A DNA stretch of 62,112 bases, filler included, from a bacterium (GCA_043817485.1; 7 parts of 7 records of this genome joined end to end with filler, not necessarily neighbours in it), one strand, 5' to 3'; positions 29,138 to 39,544 are shown, numbered from the whole stretch's first letter. Numbers and translations are program-made. The notes: generated by a model not told the origin, from the sequence alone.

Positions 29138-30004
29138 TTAAAATATTATTTCTTCTTGTCTTAAAGCATAACAAGAAAAATTTACTGCTACTGGTAAGCC
29201 AGCAATATGAGTAGGAAAAACTTCTATATTAACTCCTAAACAAGTTGTATCTCCACCTATTCCCTGAGGACCTATATTGAGTTCATTAATTTCATTATAA
29301 AGTTCTTCTTCTAATTTTTTTATATGCTTTAAAGGATTAGAAGAATTTAAAGGGCGAAGTAAAGCTTTTTTAGATAAAAAAGCTGCATATTCCATAGTCC
29401 CACCAATGCCAATTCCTAATATAATGGGTGGACAAGGAGAAGCTCCAGCATCTTTAACTGTTTGAATTACAAAATCCTTTATTCCTTGTGTTTCTTGTGA
29501 AGGATTTAATAAAGCAATTTTACTCATATTTTCTGCTCCAAATCCTTTTGGTAAAAGAGTAATTTTAATTTTATCACCCAACACTTGCTCAATATGAATA
29601 ACTGCAGGAGTATTATCGCCAGTATTAATTCTAATTAAAGGATCATTTACAACAGATTTTCTTAAATATCCTTTTATATAGCCCTTTTTTACTCCTTGAT
29701 TTATTGCTTGAGAAATATTTCCTTTTATATACACATTTTCACCTATTTCAACAAATACTGTCATCATTCCAGTATCTTGACATACTGGCATTTTTTCTTT
29801 TTTGGCTAAAGAAATATTTTCTAAAATCATTTCTAAAACTTCTTTTGCTTTTATATTTTTTTCTTTTTTATAAGATTTTTTTAAAGATAAAACTACATCT
29901 TTTCTGATTGAAATATTTGCTTCAATACACTTATTAGATATAGAATCTATTAAATCAATAGCTTTAATTTTTCGAAATGACTTCATATTATTCCTTTTTA
30001 TCAT
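29138..30004 (-). CDS. Fe-S fumarate hydratase / tartrate dehydratase alpha subunit
   Basis: PVCQDTG, NTGDNTPA, KGFGAENMS, PCPP, HIAGLPVAVN.SC. Confidence 0.9.
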   Translation of the reverse strand: MIKRNNMKSFRKIKAIDLIDSISNKCIEANISIRKDVVLSLKKSYKKEKNIKAKEVLEMILENISLAKKEKMPVCQDTGMMTVFVEIGENVYIKGNISQAINQGVKKGYIKGYLRKSVVNDPLIRINTGDNTPAVIHIEQVLGDKIKITLLPKGFGAENMSKIALLNPSQETQGIKDFVIQTVKDAGASPCPPIILGIGIGGTMEYAAFLSKKALLRPLNSSNPLKHIKKLEEELYNEINELNIGPQGIGGDTTCLGVNIEVFPTHIAGLPVAVNFSCYALRQEEIIF

Positions 30005-30088
30005 TTGTTATTGCAAATCTATAGACAAAATAATACAAATTGTTTTATTTCGTTCATAATGATATTATAATAGACATTTTACTAAATT

Positions 30089-31363
30089 TTAAAAAGAAGT
30101 TTTTTTGTTTTTTATCATTTTGCTTAATTCAACAATCCATAAAGAAATACTTGATAATATAATAACAAATATCCAATCAATAAAATTAAGTGATTCTACT
30201 TTAAAAATGGATTTAGTAAATCCAAAACAAACAATTCCTATTTGAAGTAAAGCAGAACCTAAAACTGCATATACTAAATTTTTATTTGTTAAAAATCCAA
30301 GTTTAAATATTGATAAGGTATTGCTTCTACAATTAAATGCATGAAATAATTGTGATCCTGAAAGAACCATAAAAACCATTGTTCTTGCTTTAATTAAAGT
30401 TCCTTTTTCAATAAATAAAATATATCCAAATATCAATAAAGCAGATATTGACATCATTAACCCTAAAATAGATATTTTAATAATAATTTTTTTATTAATA
30501 AATTTTTTTTTAAATTGTTCTGCTGACTTAAACATTAACCCAGGTTCTGCTTTTTCTACTCCAAGTGCAAGTGCTGGCAATCCATCTGTTATAAGATTTA
30601 TCCAAAGTATTTGAATTGGTAAAAGTGGAATTGGCCAACCTAAAATAGAAGAGAAAAACAATAAAAAAAGTTCTCCTATATTACAAGAAAGTAAGTAAAA
30701 AATAAATTTTTTAATATTTTCATATATATTTCTTCCTTCTTCAACTGCTGAAACAATTGATGCAAAATTATCATCTGTAATAACTATATCTGCTGCTTCT
30801 TTTGTTACATCTGTTCCAGTTATTCCCATAGCAATACCTATGTCTGCTTCTTTTAAAGCTGGTGCATCATTGACACCATCACCAGTCATTGCAATTATAG
30901 CATTTCTTTTTTTCCATGCTTTAATAATTCTAAGTTTATGTTCTGCTGAAACTCTTGTAAAAATTTCTATTTTATCTATTTTACAAGCAAGTTCTTCATC
31001 TGATATTTCATCAAGTTCTGTTCCAGTAATAGCAATATAATCTTTTCCTATCATATTAAGTTCTTTTGCTATAGCAATAGCTGTATTTTTATGATCACCA
31101 GTAATCATAACACTTTTAATTCCAGCACTTTTACACAAAGCAAGAGCATTTTTTACTTCTTTTCTAGGGGGATCTATCATTCCTAACATTCCTACAAAAA
31201 TTAAATCTTTTTCAATATCTTCAAATTTATAGTTATGAGGAATTTTATCTAAATAACGAAAACCAAAAGAAAGCATTCTAAGTGAATCATTTGCAAGATT
31301 TTCATTAACTAAACTAATTTTTTCTTTATCTTTTTCTTTAAATGTTTCAATTTTATCGTTATT
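30089..31363 (-). CDS. P-type cation (Ca2+-type) ATPase, C-terminal part (cut by contig end)
   Basis: DPPR, MITGD, TGDGVNDAPAL, QILWINLITDGLPALAL. Confidence 0.93.
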   Translation of the reverse strand, partial: NNDKIETFKEKDKEKISLVNENLANDSLRMLSFGFRYLDKIPHNYKFEDIEKDLIFVGMLGMIDPPRKEVKNALALCKSAGIKSVMITGDHKNTAIAIAKELNMIGKDYIAITGTELDEISDEELACKIDKIEIFTRVSAEHKLRIIKAWKKRNAIIAMTGDGVNDAPALKEADIGIAMGITGTDVTKEAADIVITDDNFASIVSAVEEGRNIYENIKKFIFYLLSCNIGELFLLFFSSILGWPIPLLPIQILWINLITDGLPALALGVEKAEPGLMFKSAEQFKKKFINKKIIIKISILGLMMSISALLIFGYILFIEKGTLIKARTMVFMVLSGSQLFHAFNCRSNTLSIFKLGFLTNKNLVYAVLGSALLQIGIVCFGFTKSIFKVESLNFIDWIFVIILSSISLWIVELSKMIKNKKTSF

Positions 31364-31463
31364 NNNNNNNNNNNNNNNNNNNNNNNNNNNNNNNNNNNNN
31401 NNNNNNNTTAATTAATTAANNNNNNNNNNNNNNNNNNNNNNNNNNNNNNNNNNNNNNNNNNNN
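31364..31463. other. Artificial contig linker
   Basis: N-TTAATTAATTAA-N. Confidence 0.98.
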
Positions 31464-31944
31464 TTTCTAATTTTACATAATAACCAGTAGAAATTAAAAT
31501 AGTCACAAATATAATAATAAAAGTAATAATAATAGATAAACGAGAAACAAAAAGTAAATTTATTTTACTTAAAAAATTTTTTAAAAAATAAATCATAAGA
31601 ATAATAAAAAAGAAAAAACTAATTGTCCAAACAAAATTCATTTCTTGAAATACAAAAGATATCAAAATTGGAGTAAAATTTCCAAAAGTATTAATTCCAA
31701 TAATAATGCGAAATATTGTAATCATAAGCATAGCAAGAGGTATTGTTAATAATATCATAATATATTTTTGAGTTAATAAAGGAAGAGAAAAAAATAACCA
31801 TTTATTTTGGAATGAATCATTTTTAATTTTTTCAGCATAAATTGTTTTTAAATTTTGGTTTATAGAAAAATTAGATATTTTATAAATAGAAATACTAATT
31901 GAAATTATAATAAAACAAATAGCAATAATAATTATTTTTTTCAT
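31464..31944 (-). CDS. Membrane protein, 7TM-transglutaminase-associated type (3' cut by contig end)
   Basis: LLTIP..FRIIIGINTFGNFTPILIS..SRLS. Confidence 0.65.
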
Positions 31945-31969
31945 ATTTTTTTTATTAAGTTTTTGCAAG

Positions 31970-33163
31970 TTATAAAATTAGTAATTCTACTCCTGATTGA
32001 GAAGCAGAAAGATAACCAGTGTATATGATTGCAATTGTATCTTGAGCCAATAAAAGCCCAGATTGTGGCTCTTTATTATACATCAAACATTGAGTAAAAT
32101 CAGTAAATTGTTGAATATATCCATTAAACCAATTTTCATCTGGACTTGGAAAATTCCATCCAGATTTAGTGCCTATTTTTTCTGTAATATAAGCATTTTG
32201 CCATACTTCGGGAAAATCTGCATATGCTTTCAAACTATTATTATGAGAAAAATTACATTGTAATAAGCCATAAGCAGTATAAACTTCTAATCTATTTTGA
32301 ACTCCTCCTACAACATTTTCTGATGCTTCTATTACTGCAATTGAACCATCGTCAAATTTTATTTTCATTAAACAATAATCTTCAATATCTTTATATTCTT
32401 TTCTAATTTTTCCAAAATAATTAGAAGGTAATGTTTTATATAATTTTTCAATACTTGCACTTACTTTAACTGGTCTATATGGTTTTCCAGTTTTTTTGAT
32501 TCCTTCTTGGTATTTTAAATATAAAATTCCACCTAATGGATGACATCCTTTTCCTATAAGTGCTCCACCACCAGATTTTGTCCAATCTCCATAATATTCA
32601 GAATGAGAACCACTATGAGATTCTTCTCCATACATTCTTAAAATTTGGTTATTAACTGAATCTATACTTGCTTGTATTAAAGTATTTATTTTTTGTATGG
32701 CTGGTGCATAAACCCAATTTTCAGCATACATAAATTTTATTTTATTTTTTTTAATTGATTCTGAAATTTCTGTCACATTTTTCATTGCATGTTTTAACAT
32801 AATTTCTCGAGGAACATATTCTCCAATAGGTGTTTTTCCAGTCCAATGTTCTCCAAAATATCCAGTAAGTGGTTTTTCGCAAATTACATTTTTTCCTGCT
32901 TCTGCAGATTGAATAATAAAATCTTTATGTAAGTAATTATCTACACAAATGTCAATAACATCTATTTCTTTATCATTTAACATTTCTTCTAAATTTTCAT
33001 AACATTTTAAATTATATTTATGAGCAAATATTTCTCGAGATTCACGAGATTTAGAAGTAATTCCTTTAACTTTTATATTGCAACCAGGTACTTTTAAATA
33101 TGAATTAAAATGAAAATCAGCTGCAAATTTTGCTCCTACAATACCAATAGTTATTTGTTTCAT
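31970..33163 (-). CDS. Gfo/Idh/MocA family oxidoreductase
   Basis: GIVGAKF, CEKPL, YAENW, GGGALIGKGCHP. Confidence 0.9.
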   Translation of the reverse strand: MKQITIGIVGAKFAADFHFNSYLKVPGCNIKVKGITSKSRESREIFAHKYNLKCYENLEEMLNDKEIDVIDICVDNYLHKDFIIQSAEAGKNVICEKPLTGYFGEHWTGKTPIGEYVPREIMLKHAMKNVTEISESIKKNKIKFMYAENWVYAPAIQKINTLIQASIDSVNNQILRMYGEESHSGSHSEYYGDWTKSGGGALIGKGCHPLGGILYLKYQEGIKKTGKPYRPVKVSASIEKLYKTLPSNYFGKIRKEYKDIEDYCLMKIKFDDGSIAVIEASENVVGGVQNRLEVYTAYGLLQCNFSHNNSLKAYADFPEVWQNAYITEKIGTKSGWNFPSPDENWFNGYIQQFTDFTQCLMYNKEPQSGLLLAQDTIAIIYTGYLSASQSGVELLIL

Positions 33164-33175
33164 TTAATTTCCTAA

Positions 33176-33922
33176 TTATTTATATCCCGTATCATATAAT
33201 TTTTTTAATCCTTTTAAAGTTAAAAAAGAATCATATAATTTAATTGATTTTATTTGTTCTTTTATAAAATTACTATTACCACCAGTAGTAATAATTTTTG
33301 GGGCATAATTTAATTCTTTTTTAATTTGCTTAATAATTTCTTTTATCATTCCTATATACCCAAAAGTAATTCCAGATTGAATACAATGAATAGTATTTTG
33401 TCCAATAATATTATTTATTTTTATTATTTCAACATAAGGAAGTTGAGAAGTTTTTTGATTTAAGCCCTTATTCCAAATTTCCATACCAGCAGAAATAACA
33501 CCACCAATAAATTCCCCTTTTTTATTTATTACATCAAAAGTAATTGCTGTTCCAGCATCAATAATAATTAAAGGTTTCCCATATTGATGTATTCCAGCAA
33601 CACAATTAACTATTCTATCAACACCTAATTTATTTAGGTTTTCATAAAAAATAGGTAAATAAGTAATTTTTGAAGATAAAACTTGTATTGGGTTAATATG
33701 AAAATGTTTTTTTAAAATATTTTCAAATAATGGTATAATTTCTAAAACAACAGAACAAAAAATAATTGCTTTAACAGGTAATTTAATTTTTTCAATTTCT
33801 TTTTTTATTATTTCTTTTTGAGTAGCAAAAGAAATAGTTTTTATTAATTTATCTTTTTCAAAAAATCCTAAAGAAGTGTTAGTATTACCAATATTTAAAG
33901 TTAATAACAAAAAAACCTCCAT
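33176..33922 (-). CDS. coaX: Type III pantothenate kinase
   Basis: NIGNTN, LGVDR, IDAGTAITFD, TGG; true start may be TTG 33910. Confidence 0.9.
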   Translation of the reverse strand: MEVFLLLTLNIGNTNTSLGFFEKDKLIKTISFATQKEIIKKEIEKIKLPVKAIIFCSVVLEIIPLFENILKKHFHINPIQVLSSKITYLPIFYENLNKLGVDRIVNCVAGIHQYGKPLIIIDAGTAITFDVINKKGEFIGGVISAGMEIWNKGLNQKTSQLPYVEIIKINNIIGQNTIHCIQSGITFGYIGMIKEIIKQIKKELNYAPKIITTGGNSNFIKEQIKSIKLYDSFLTLKGLKKLYDTGYK

Positions 33923-33936
33923 GTGTGTATGATAAC

Positions 33937-33960
33937 GGGCAATTCATGAATTGCCCCTAC
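33937..33960. repeat. RAYT-type REP palindrome
   Basis: GGGCAATTCATGAATTGCCCCTAC; right half identical to 2761-2776. Confidence 0.8.
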
Positions 33961-33968
33961 AAATAATG

Positions 33969-33999
33969 GCGTATTGTCAAAAGTATTTTGACAATACGC
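33969..33999. repeat. Perfect 14-bp inverted repeat with 3-nt spacer
   Basis: GCGTATTGTCAAAA-gta-TTTTGACAATACGC. Confidence 0.75.
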
Positions 34000-34056
34000 A
34001 TTAAAATGCTTATTATTAGCAATTATTAAGATTTTATTTGCTTCTCCCCCCTTTTT

Positions 34057-34156
34057 NNNNNNNNNNNNNNNNNNNNNNNNNNNNNNNNNNNNNNNNNNNN
34101 TTAATTAATTAANNNNNNNNNNNNNNNNNNNNNNNNNNNNNNNNNNNNNNNNNNNN
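34057..34156. other. Artificial contig linker
   Basis: N-TTAATTAATTAA-N. Confidence 0.98.
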
Positions 34157-34192
34157 ACCATCACAAACATTGTTTTAAATATTTTGCTCATT
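34157..34192 (-). CDS. First codons of a gene cut by the contig end (MSKIFKTMFVM..., possibly a signal peptide)
   Basis: AAGGAG RBS then ATG; downstream of sigma54 promoter. Confidence 0.45.
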
Positions 34193-34340
34193 GTAATTCT
34201 CCTTTGACATGAAATGTCTTTGACATAAAATGTCTTTTTTCAGAGATTAGATGAGGATGTATCTCTGAATTTAATTTTAATTAATGATTATAAATTGCTT
34301 ACCTCCTTTTTTCTTTTTTGCTCATCTACTTTTAATAATA

Positions 34341-34357
34341 AGCAAAATTCATGCCAA
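34341..34357 (-). promoter_or_regulatory. Sigma54 (-24/-12) promoter
   Basis: Minus strand TTGGCATGAATTTTGCT fits TGGCAC-N5-TTGCW. Confidence 0.75.
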
Positions 34358-34412
34358 TAATAAAAATATGTTTAAAAGCCGTCTATTAAAGAATAGATAT
34401 TTTTCAAAAGAG

Positions 34413-34471
34413 TTTAATATGTACCTAAAAGAACACTTTTTTATTTAATATGTACCTACAAGTACACTTTT
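34413..34471. promoter_or_regulatory. Tandem putative activator-binding sites, 31-bp period
   Basis: TTTAATATGTACCTAAAAGAACACTTTT and TTTAATATGTACCTACAAGTACACTTTT; core TGTAC-N6-GTACA. Confidence 0.65.
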
Positions 34472-35615
34472 AATTAATTATTCGGGGAATATGTTCTGGA
34501 ATTCTTGAAATGATTTCATAACTAATTGTTCCAGATAATGAAGCTAATTGTTCAGCAGTTATTTTTTCTTCTTTTTGATTACCTATTAAAACTACTTCAT
34601 CTTCAATTTTTACATTTTTTACATTAGTTATATCAATTATCATTATATTCATACAAATTCTTCCACGAATAGGGCATCTTTTTCCTTTAACTAAAACATA
34701 TCCAATATTAGAAAGATTTCTGGGATAACCATCATAATAACCAATTGGTAAAATAGCTATTTTTATTTTTGAAGTAGTTTTATAAGTACAACCATATCCA
34801 ATAAAAGAATTTTTAGGGACTTCTTTTATTTGAGCAATTTTTGTTTTCCATGTTAAAATTGGTTTTAATTCTAAATGATTTTTTGGATTTTTGTCTATAT
34901 AGGAAATATATATTTCTTTTGATGGCCAAAGTCCATATAAACTAATACCTATTCTTACTAAATTAAAATATGTTTCTGGAAAAAGAATAGTTGCAGCAGA
35001 ACAAGTAGTATGTTTATAAATAGGATTTAATCCAAAAATTTCTATTTCATTTGACATTTTTAAAAAATTATTGAGTTGAAATTTTGCATAAATATGATTA
35101 GTAGTATCTTCAATATTAGCAAAATGAGTAGAAATTCCTTCTAATTGAAGTAAAGGATTTTTTTTAATAAAATTAAGAATAGATGGTAAATTCTTTTTTA
35201 AAATACCTTGTCTATAAGTACCAGTTTCTAATTTTAAATGAAGATAAGATTTTTTTGAAAGTTTTTCAGAAAAATAAGATAATTTTTCAATAGTTTCTTG
35301 ATTATACACTGTTATTCTAAAATTATTTTTTACTATTTCTTCTAAATAATTAAAAGGAACATATCCCATAATAAGAATTGGTTTTTTAATTTTTTGCTTT
35401 TTCAAAAAAATTGCTTCTTCAATAGAAATTACTCCCAAAAAATCTATATTAGTTTCTTTAATTATTTTTGAAATTGGTAAAAGCCCATGTCCATAAGCAT
35501 TACTTTTTATTACAGATAGTAGTTTAATATTTTTTCCTAAAAGGTTTTTAAATTGGCTAACATTGTCTTTAAAAGCATTTTTATTTATTTCTATCCATGT
35601 TAAATAATTACTCAT
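34470..35615 (-). CDS. alr: Alanine racemase
   Basis: VIKSNAYGHG PLP lysine, STHFA, VRIGISLYG, IGYYDG, GRICM. Confidence 0.96.
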   Translation of the reverse strand: MSNYLTWIEINKNAFKDNVSQFKNLLGKNIKLLSVIKSNAYGHGLLPISKIIKETNIDFLGVISIEEAIFLKKQKIKKPILIMGYVPFNYLEEIVKNNFRITVYNQETIEKLSYFSEKLSKKSYLHLKLETGTYRQGILKKNLPSILNFIKKNPLLQLEGISTHFANIEDTTNHIYAKFQLNNFLKMSNEIEIFGLNPIYKHTTCSAATILFPETYFNLVRIGISLYGLWPSKEIYISYIDKNPKNHLELKPILTWKTKIAQIKEVPKNSFIGYGCTYKTTSKIKIAILPIGYYDGYPRNLSNIGYVLVKGKRCPIRGRICMNIMIIDITNVKNVKIEDEVVLIGNQKEEKITAEQLASLSGTISYEIISRIPEHIPRIIN

Positions 35616-36781
35616 TATTTTACTCCTAAATTTTCAAATAGTTCTTCTACTTTTTTTATTGTTTCATTCAAATTAAATAATTCATTTACTCTTTTAAATC
35701 CAGCATTTCCAAAATTATTTTTCATTTCATTATTTTTCAATAATTCAATTATTTTTTTTGCTAATTTTTTATAATTATTTGGTTCAATCAAAAAACCAGT
35801 TTTATTATCTATAATAATTTCTGAAACTCCTCCAGTATTAAAAGCTATAACTGGAATTTTACAAGCCATTGCTTCAATAATAACTCTTCCAAAATGTTCA
35901 TGAATGCTAGTTAAAGTAAAAATATCAAGAATAGAAATTATTTTAAAAAGATCTTTTTGGTATTCAATGAAAATAACATTTTTTTTAAGATTTAATTTTT
36001 CAATTAGTTCTTGAAGACTTAATTTATAACCTTTTGAATAATAGGGTTCATCTCCTACAATAAGAAATTTTGTATTTGGAATTTCTTTTAATATATGAAA
36101 AGCAGATTTAATAAAATATTCATATCCTTTTATTGGGACTAATTGTCCTATCATTGCGATTACAAAATCATTTTTTTCTATTTCAATTTCTTTACGAATA
36201 TTTATTTTTTCTTGTTCTTCTATTTTTTTTATTTTTTGAAAATTAACACCATTATAAATTACTACTAATTTTGATTTATTTAATAAAAATTTACCTAATC
36301 TTTTTTTAACATCTTCACTTAATACAATAATTTTATTAACAAAAAAGGATAAAAATAAATGTAAAAATATTTTTTCTCTAAAACCATGGATATGCCATAA
36401 ACTTGGAATTTTTGTTAATTTAGATGGTATTAAACTTAAAATTTGGCATCGAAGATTGTTATTATAAATTAAATCGATTTTTTCTTTTTTAATTAAGTTA
36501 TAAATATTTAACATTACTTTACAAATATTTATAAAAAATAAAATAACAGAAATTGGATTGAAAAATTTTACATTTTTTTTTATATTTACATATTCTTTTT
36601 TCATTGGCAAAATAAAAGTTTTAATTTTATTTTCTTCTAATAATCTAATAAATTCTCCATCAAAACAAGAAATAATCAATGGAATATATTTATTAAAATT
36701 AAGATGAGTTACTAAATCTAAAATATATTGTTGAGAACCACCCATTGTAGGATGACTAATGAAAAATAAAATTTTTTTCAT
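35615..36781 (-). CDS. GT4 glycosyltransferase
   Basis: MGGSQ, IYNGV, KGY, EHFGRVIIEAMAC. Confidence 0.9.
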   Translation of the reverse strand: MKKILFFISHPTMGGSQQYILDLVTHLNFNKYIPLIISCFDGEFIRLLEENKIKTFILPMKKEYVNIKKNVKFFNPISVILFFINICKVMLNIYNLIKKEKIDLIYNNNLRCQILSLIPSKLTKIPSLWHIHGFREKIFLHLFLSFFVNKIIVLSEDVKKRLGKFLLNKSKLVVIYNGVNFQKIKKIEEQEKINIRKEIEIEKNDFVIAMIGQLVPIKGYEYFIKSAFHILKEIPNTKFLIVGDEPYYSKGYKLSLQELIEKLNLKKNVIFIEYQKDLFKIISILDIFTLTSIHEHFGRVIIEAMACKIPVIAFNTGGVSEIIIDNKTGFLIEPNNYKKLAKKIIELLKNNEMKNNFGNAGFKRVNELFNLNETIKKVEELFENLGVK

Positions 36782-37950
36782 TTTAATACCAAATATTCTT
36801 TTTCAATTTTTTTTGCAATTTGTGTCCAAGAATAATTATTTACAACAAAATTTCTTAAATCAAAGGACATTTTTTTTTCTTGTTTTAAAAAATTTATGAT
36901 TGTTTCAGATAAACTATTTTTTACAATTAATTTTTCATCAATTTTTTTTAATATTTCTGGAATAGCTCCAATATTAGTCCCTATTACTGGAACTCCACAA
37001 GATAAAGCTTCTAAAATAACTAATCCAAATCCCTCTAATTCTTGCGTAGGAATAATAAATAAATCTGCTATTTGATAATATAAATGAAGATATTCATCTT
37101 TTATAAATCCAGTAAATTTTATTTGATTAGTTAATTTTAAATTTTCAACTATTTTTTGATAATATGATAATGAATTTCCTTTTCCAACAATTACTAAAAA
37201 AGTATTGGGACATTCTTTAGTTATTAATGACATTGCTTTTATTAAATTTTCTATGCCCATACGAGGAACTAATCTTCTTACTGTAAGCAAAATTTTTTTA
37301 TTTTTTGGTAATTGAAGTTTTTGTTTTATAATAGTTTTATCAATAGGTGGTTTAAATTTTTCAATATCAACTCCTCCTGGAATAATTTCAATTTTTTCTT
37401 TTGGACATTGAAATATTTCAGTAAGTTCTTTGAAAGAAAATTCACTTAAACAAATAATTTTATTACTTTTATTTAGACAATATTTTTGTAAATACTTCAT
37501 TATTTGTGGTAAAATTTTTAACCAAATAAAAAAAGTATATTTTATTATTTTAGATTTTTTACAAGATAAAAGAGAAATCCATTCTTTATGCCAACAAGAA
37601 TAAAAATGATAAACTTTTTTAATATTTTTATTGCTTATAATTGCTCCTAATGCAGATTGAGGATGATGTAACACAATCAAATCTATATTTTTAATTGTTG
37701 GTAATTTTTTTTTAACTCCTAAAAAAATAGAAATCCAACAACTTAAAAAATTTGCATTAAAAACATTGTATTTAATTATTTCAATTCCATTATTTCTTTC
37801 ATAAAGTGGTTTTTTAGAATCATATCTACCTGTTAAAATTGTTACCTTGTGTTTCAATTTAACCATTTCTTTTGATACATTTTCAATGTATCTTTCACTA
37901 CCACCCATATTATCTGTAGTATAAGAATTACAAACCATTAAAATATGCAT
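36778..37950 (-). CDS. GT4 glycosyltransferase
   Basis: MGGSE, IPGGVD, VRRLVPRMG, EGFGLVILEALSCG. Confidence 0.9.
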   Translation of the reverse strand: MHILMVCNSYTTDNMGGSERYIENVSKEMVKLKHKVTILTGRYDSKKPLYERNNGIEIIKYNVFNANFLSCWISIFLGVKKKLPTIKNIDLIVLHHPQSALGAIISNKNIKKVYHFYSCWHKEWISLLSCKKSKIIKYTFFIWLKILPQIMKYLQKYCLNKSNKIICLSEFSFKELTEIFQCPKEKIEIIPGGVDIEKFKPPIDKTIIKQKLQLPKNKKILLTVRRLVPRMGIENLIKAMSLITKECPNTFLVIVGKGNSLSYYQKIVENLKLTNQIKFTGFIKDEYLHLYYQIADLFIIPTQELEGFGLVILEALSCGVPVIGTNIGAIPEILKKIDEKLIVKNSLSETIINFLKQEKKMSFDLRNFVVNNYSWTQIAKKIEKEYLVLK

Positions 37951-37951
37951 T

Positions 37952-39079
37952 TTATCCTTCTATTATTTTTTGAAGTTTTTGAATAATTACATTCCAATTA
38001 TATTTTTTTATTATTTCATTCCATTCTTGATTCCAAATACTATTTTTTTCTTTTTTAATTGCATTTACCCAATTTTCTATTTTTCTTTCAGTTAAAACAA
38101 GATGTGGAAAATTCAAATAAACTAATTCTTGCAAAGGAGTTGCGATTACTTTTTTTTGTGAAGCTCCATATTCAAGTACTTTTAAAGGAAAAGCATAATC
38201 AGTAAAAGGTATTTTTATGAATGGTAAAACTCCAAGATCAATTACTTTAAAAAATAAATGAATTTTTTCTGGAGATATATTTTGAGTGAAAATTATATTT
38301 TCATTTGCTAATTTTTCGAATTTTTCAATTTCAGATCCACCTCCTATTATAAACAATCATTTATTTGGTATATCTAATTTATTAAAAACTTCTATTAAAA
38401 AATCCAATCCAGACCATGAACCATGATATCCAATAAAACCAATAACAAATTTTCCTTTTAATTTATATTTTTCTCTAATTCCTTCTAATTCTGTGTTTGA
38501 GAAGTTACTGAATTGAAACAATGAAACTCCATTAGGAATAAGTATTGCATCTTTATTATATTTTTCTTTTATTATTTTAGATAATGAATTAGAAATAGTA
38601 ATTACTTCATTTGATTTTTCAATTTCATTTTTTATAAAATTTTCTATATAATTTTTTGTTTTTGAAATACAAATAGAAGTATGTTCATCCACTAAATCAT
38701 AAATATATTTTACATTTTTTAATTTTGGCGAAGGATAATAATAAGTATTAGCATTTATTACAACATCTATTTTATGTTTTTTAATAAATTTTGTTATTTG
38801 CCAACAATTATATTTTGCCATAAATTTTTGTGGTATATATAAACTTTAAATTTTTACATAAAAAAGATTATCTTTTAAAATAATTAAAGGTTTAAATAAA
38901 AAAAAATGTTTTATTTCATTTAAAATTTTTTTAAATAAAGTTTTAGGGGTAAAAGATAAATAAGGATACCATGTTAAATAATAAACATTGTAATTTTTTT
39001 GTAAAATTTTAGCTATTTCTTGTGATCTTATTTTTATATTTAATAAAGGTGTATGTGGAATTATTAAAATGTTTTTCAA
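37952..39079 (-). pseudogene. GT-B glycosyltransferase with two in-frame stops
   Basis: Three ORFs share one frame (1128 nt) broken by TAA 38846-38848 and TGA 38357-38359; YDLVD, IPNGV, FPLKVLEY motifs. Confidence 0.75.
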
Positions 39080-39100
39080 AAAAACCTCTTTTTTTTGTTA

Positions 39101-39233
39101 TATTAAATTGTATTTAAAAGTAAAACAAATATATAATAAAAATTATAAATTAAAAATTAAAAATTCAGATTTTTTCATTCTGTATTCTGACTTTTAAATT
39201 TATTTGGTATATATCTTTGATTGTAATTTGGTA
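39101..39233. mobile_element. Degenerate MITE, family A
   Basis: Right TIR TTTGATTGTAATTTGGTA (39216-39233); weak left TIR TATTAAATTGTATTTAAA; heptamer-like interior. Confidence 0.4.
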
Positions 39234-39240
39234 TTATAAT

Positions 39241-39340
39241 NNNNNNNNNNNNNNNNNNNNNNNNNNNNNNNNNNNNNNNNNNNNTTAATTAATTAANNNN
39301 NNNNNNNNNNNNNNNNNNNNNNNNNNNNNNNNNNNNNNNN
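39241..39340. other. Artificial contig linker
   Basis: N-TTAATTAATTAA-N. Confidence 0.98.
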
Positions 39341-39373
39341 TTATAATAAAAATATATAACTAAAATTTCTTAT

Positions 39374-39520
39374 TTATTTTCTATGTCTTGATTTTATATT
39401 TGATATAATTACAATTGTTCTATGTAAATCATTTTGCCAATTTATAGGTATATTTTCTCTTTCATCATCCATTATTTTTTCGATATCATTTTGTACTTTA
39501 TTCATTTCTTTAATATTCAT
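39374..39520 (-). CDS. Hypothetical protein, 48 aa (not in ORF track)
   Basis: MNIKEMNKVQ...SRHRK*; AAGGAGTGTG RBS. Confidence 0.55.
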   Translation of the reverse strand: MNIKEMNKVQNDIEKIMDDERENIPINWQNDLHRTIVIISNIKSRHRK

Positions 39521-39544
39521 TTTTTAATCACACTCCTTTTTATT

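Noticed and set aside
29138-30004. Fumarase alpha subunit as part of the hydrogenase system
   Set aside because: Separated from rex by a promoter and Rex box; no evidence of a functional link. The beta subunit may be elsewhere.
38357-38359. In-frame TGA as evidence of recoding (code 4/25 or selenocysteine)
   Set aside because: TGA ends intact genes elsewhere (e.g. rpmF), Trp is TGG, and the same gene also has an in-frame TAA.
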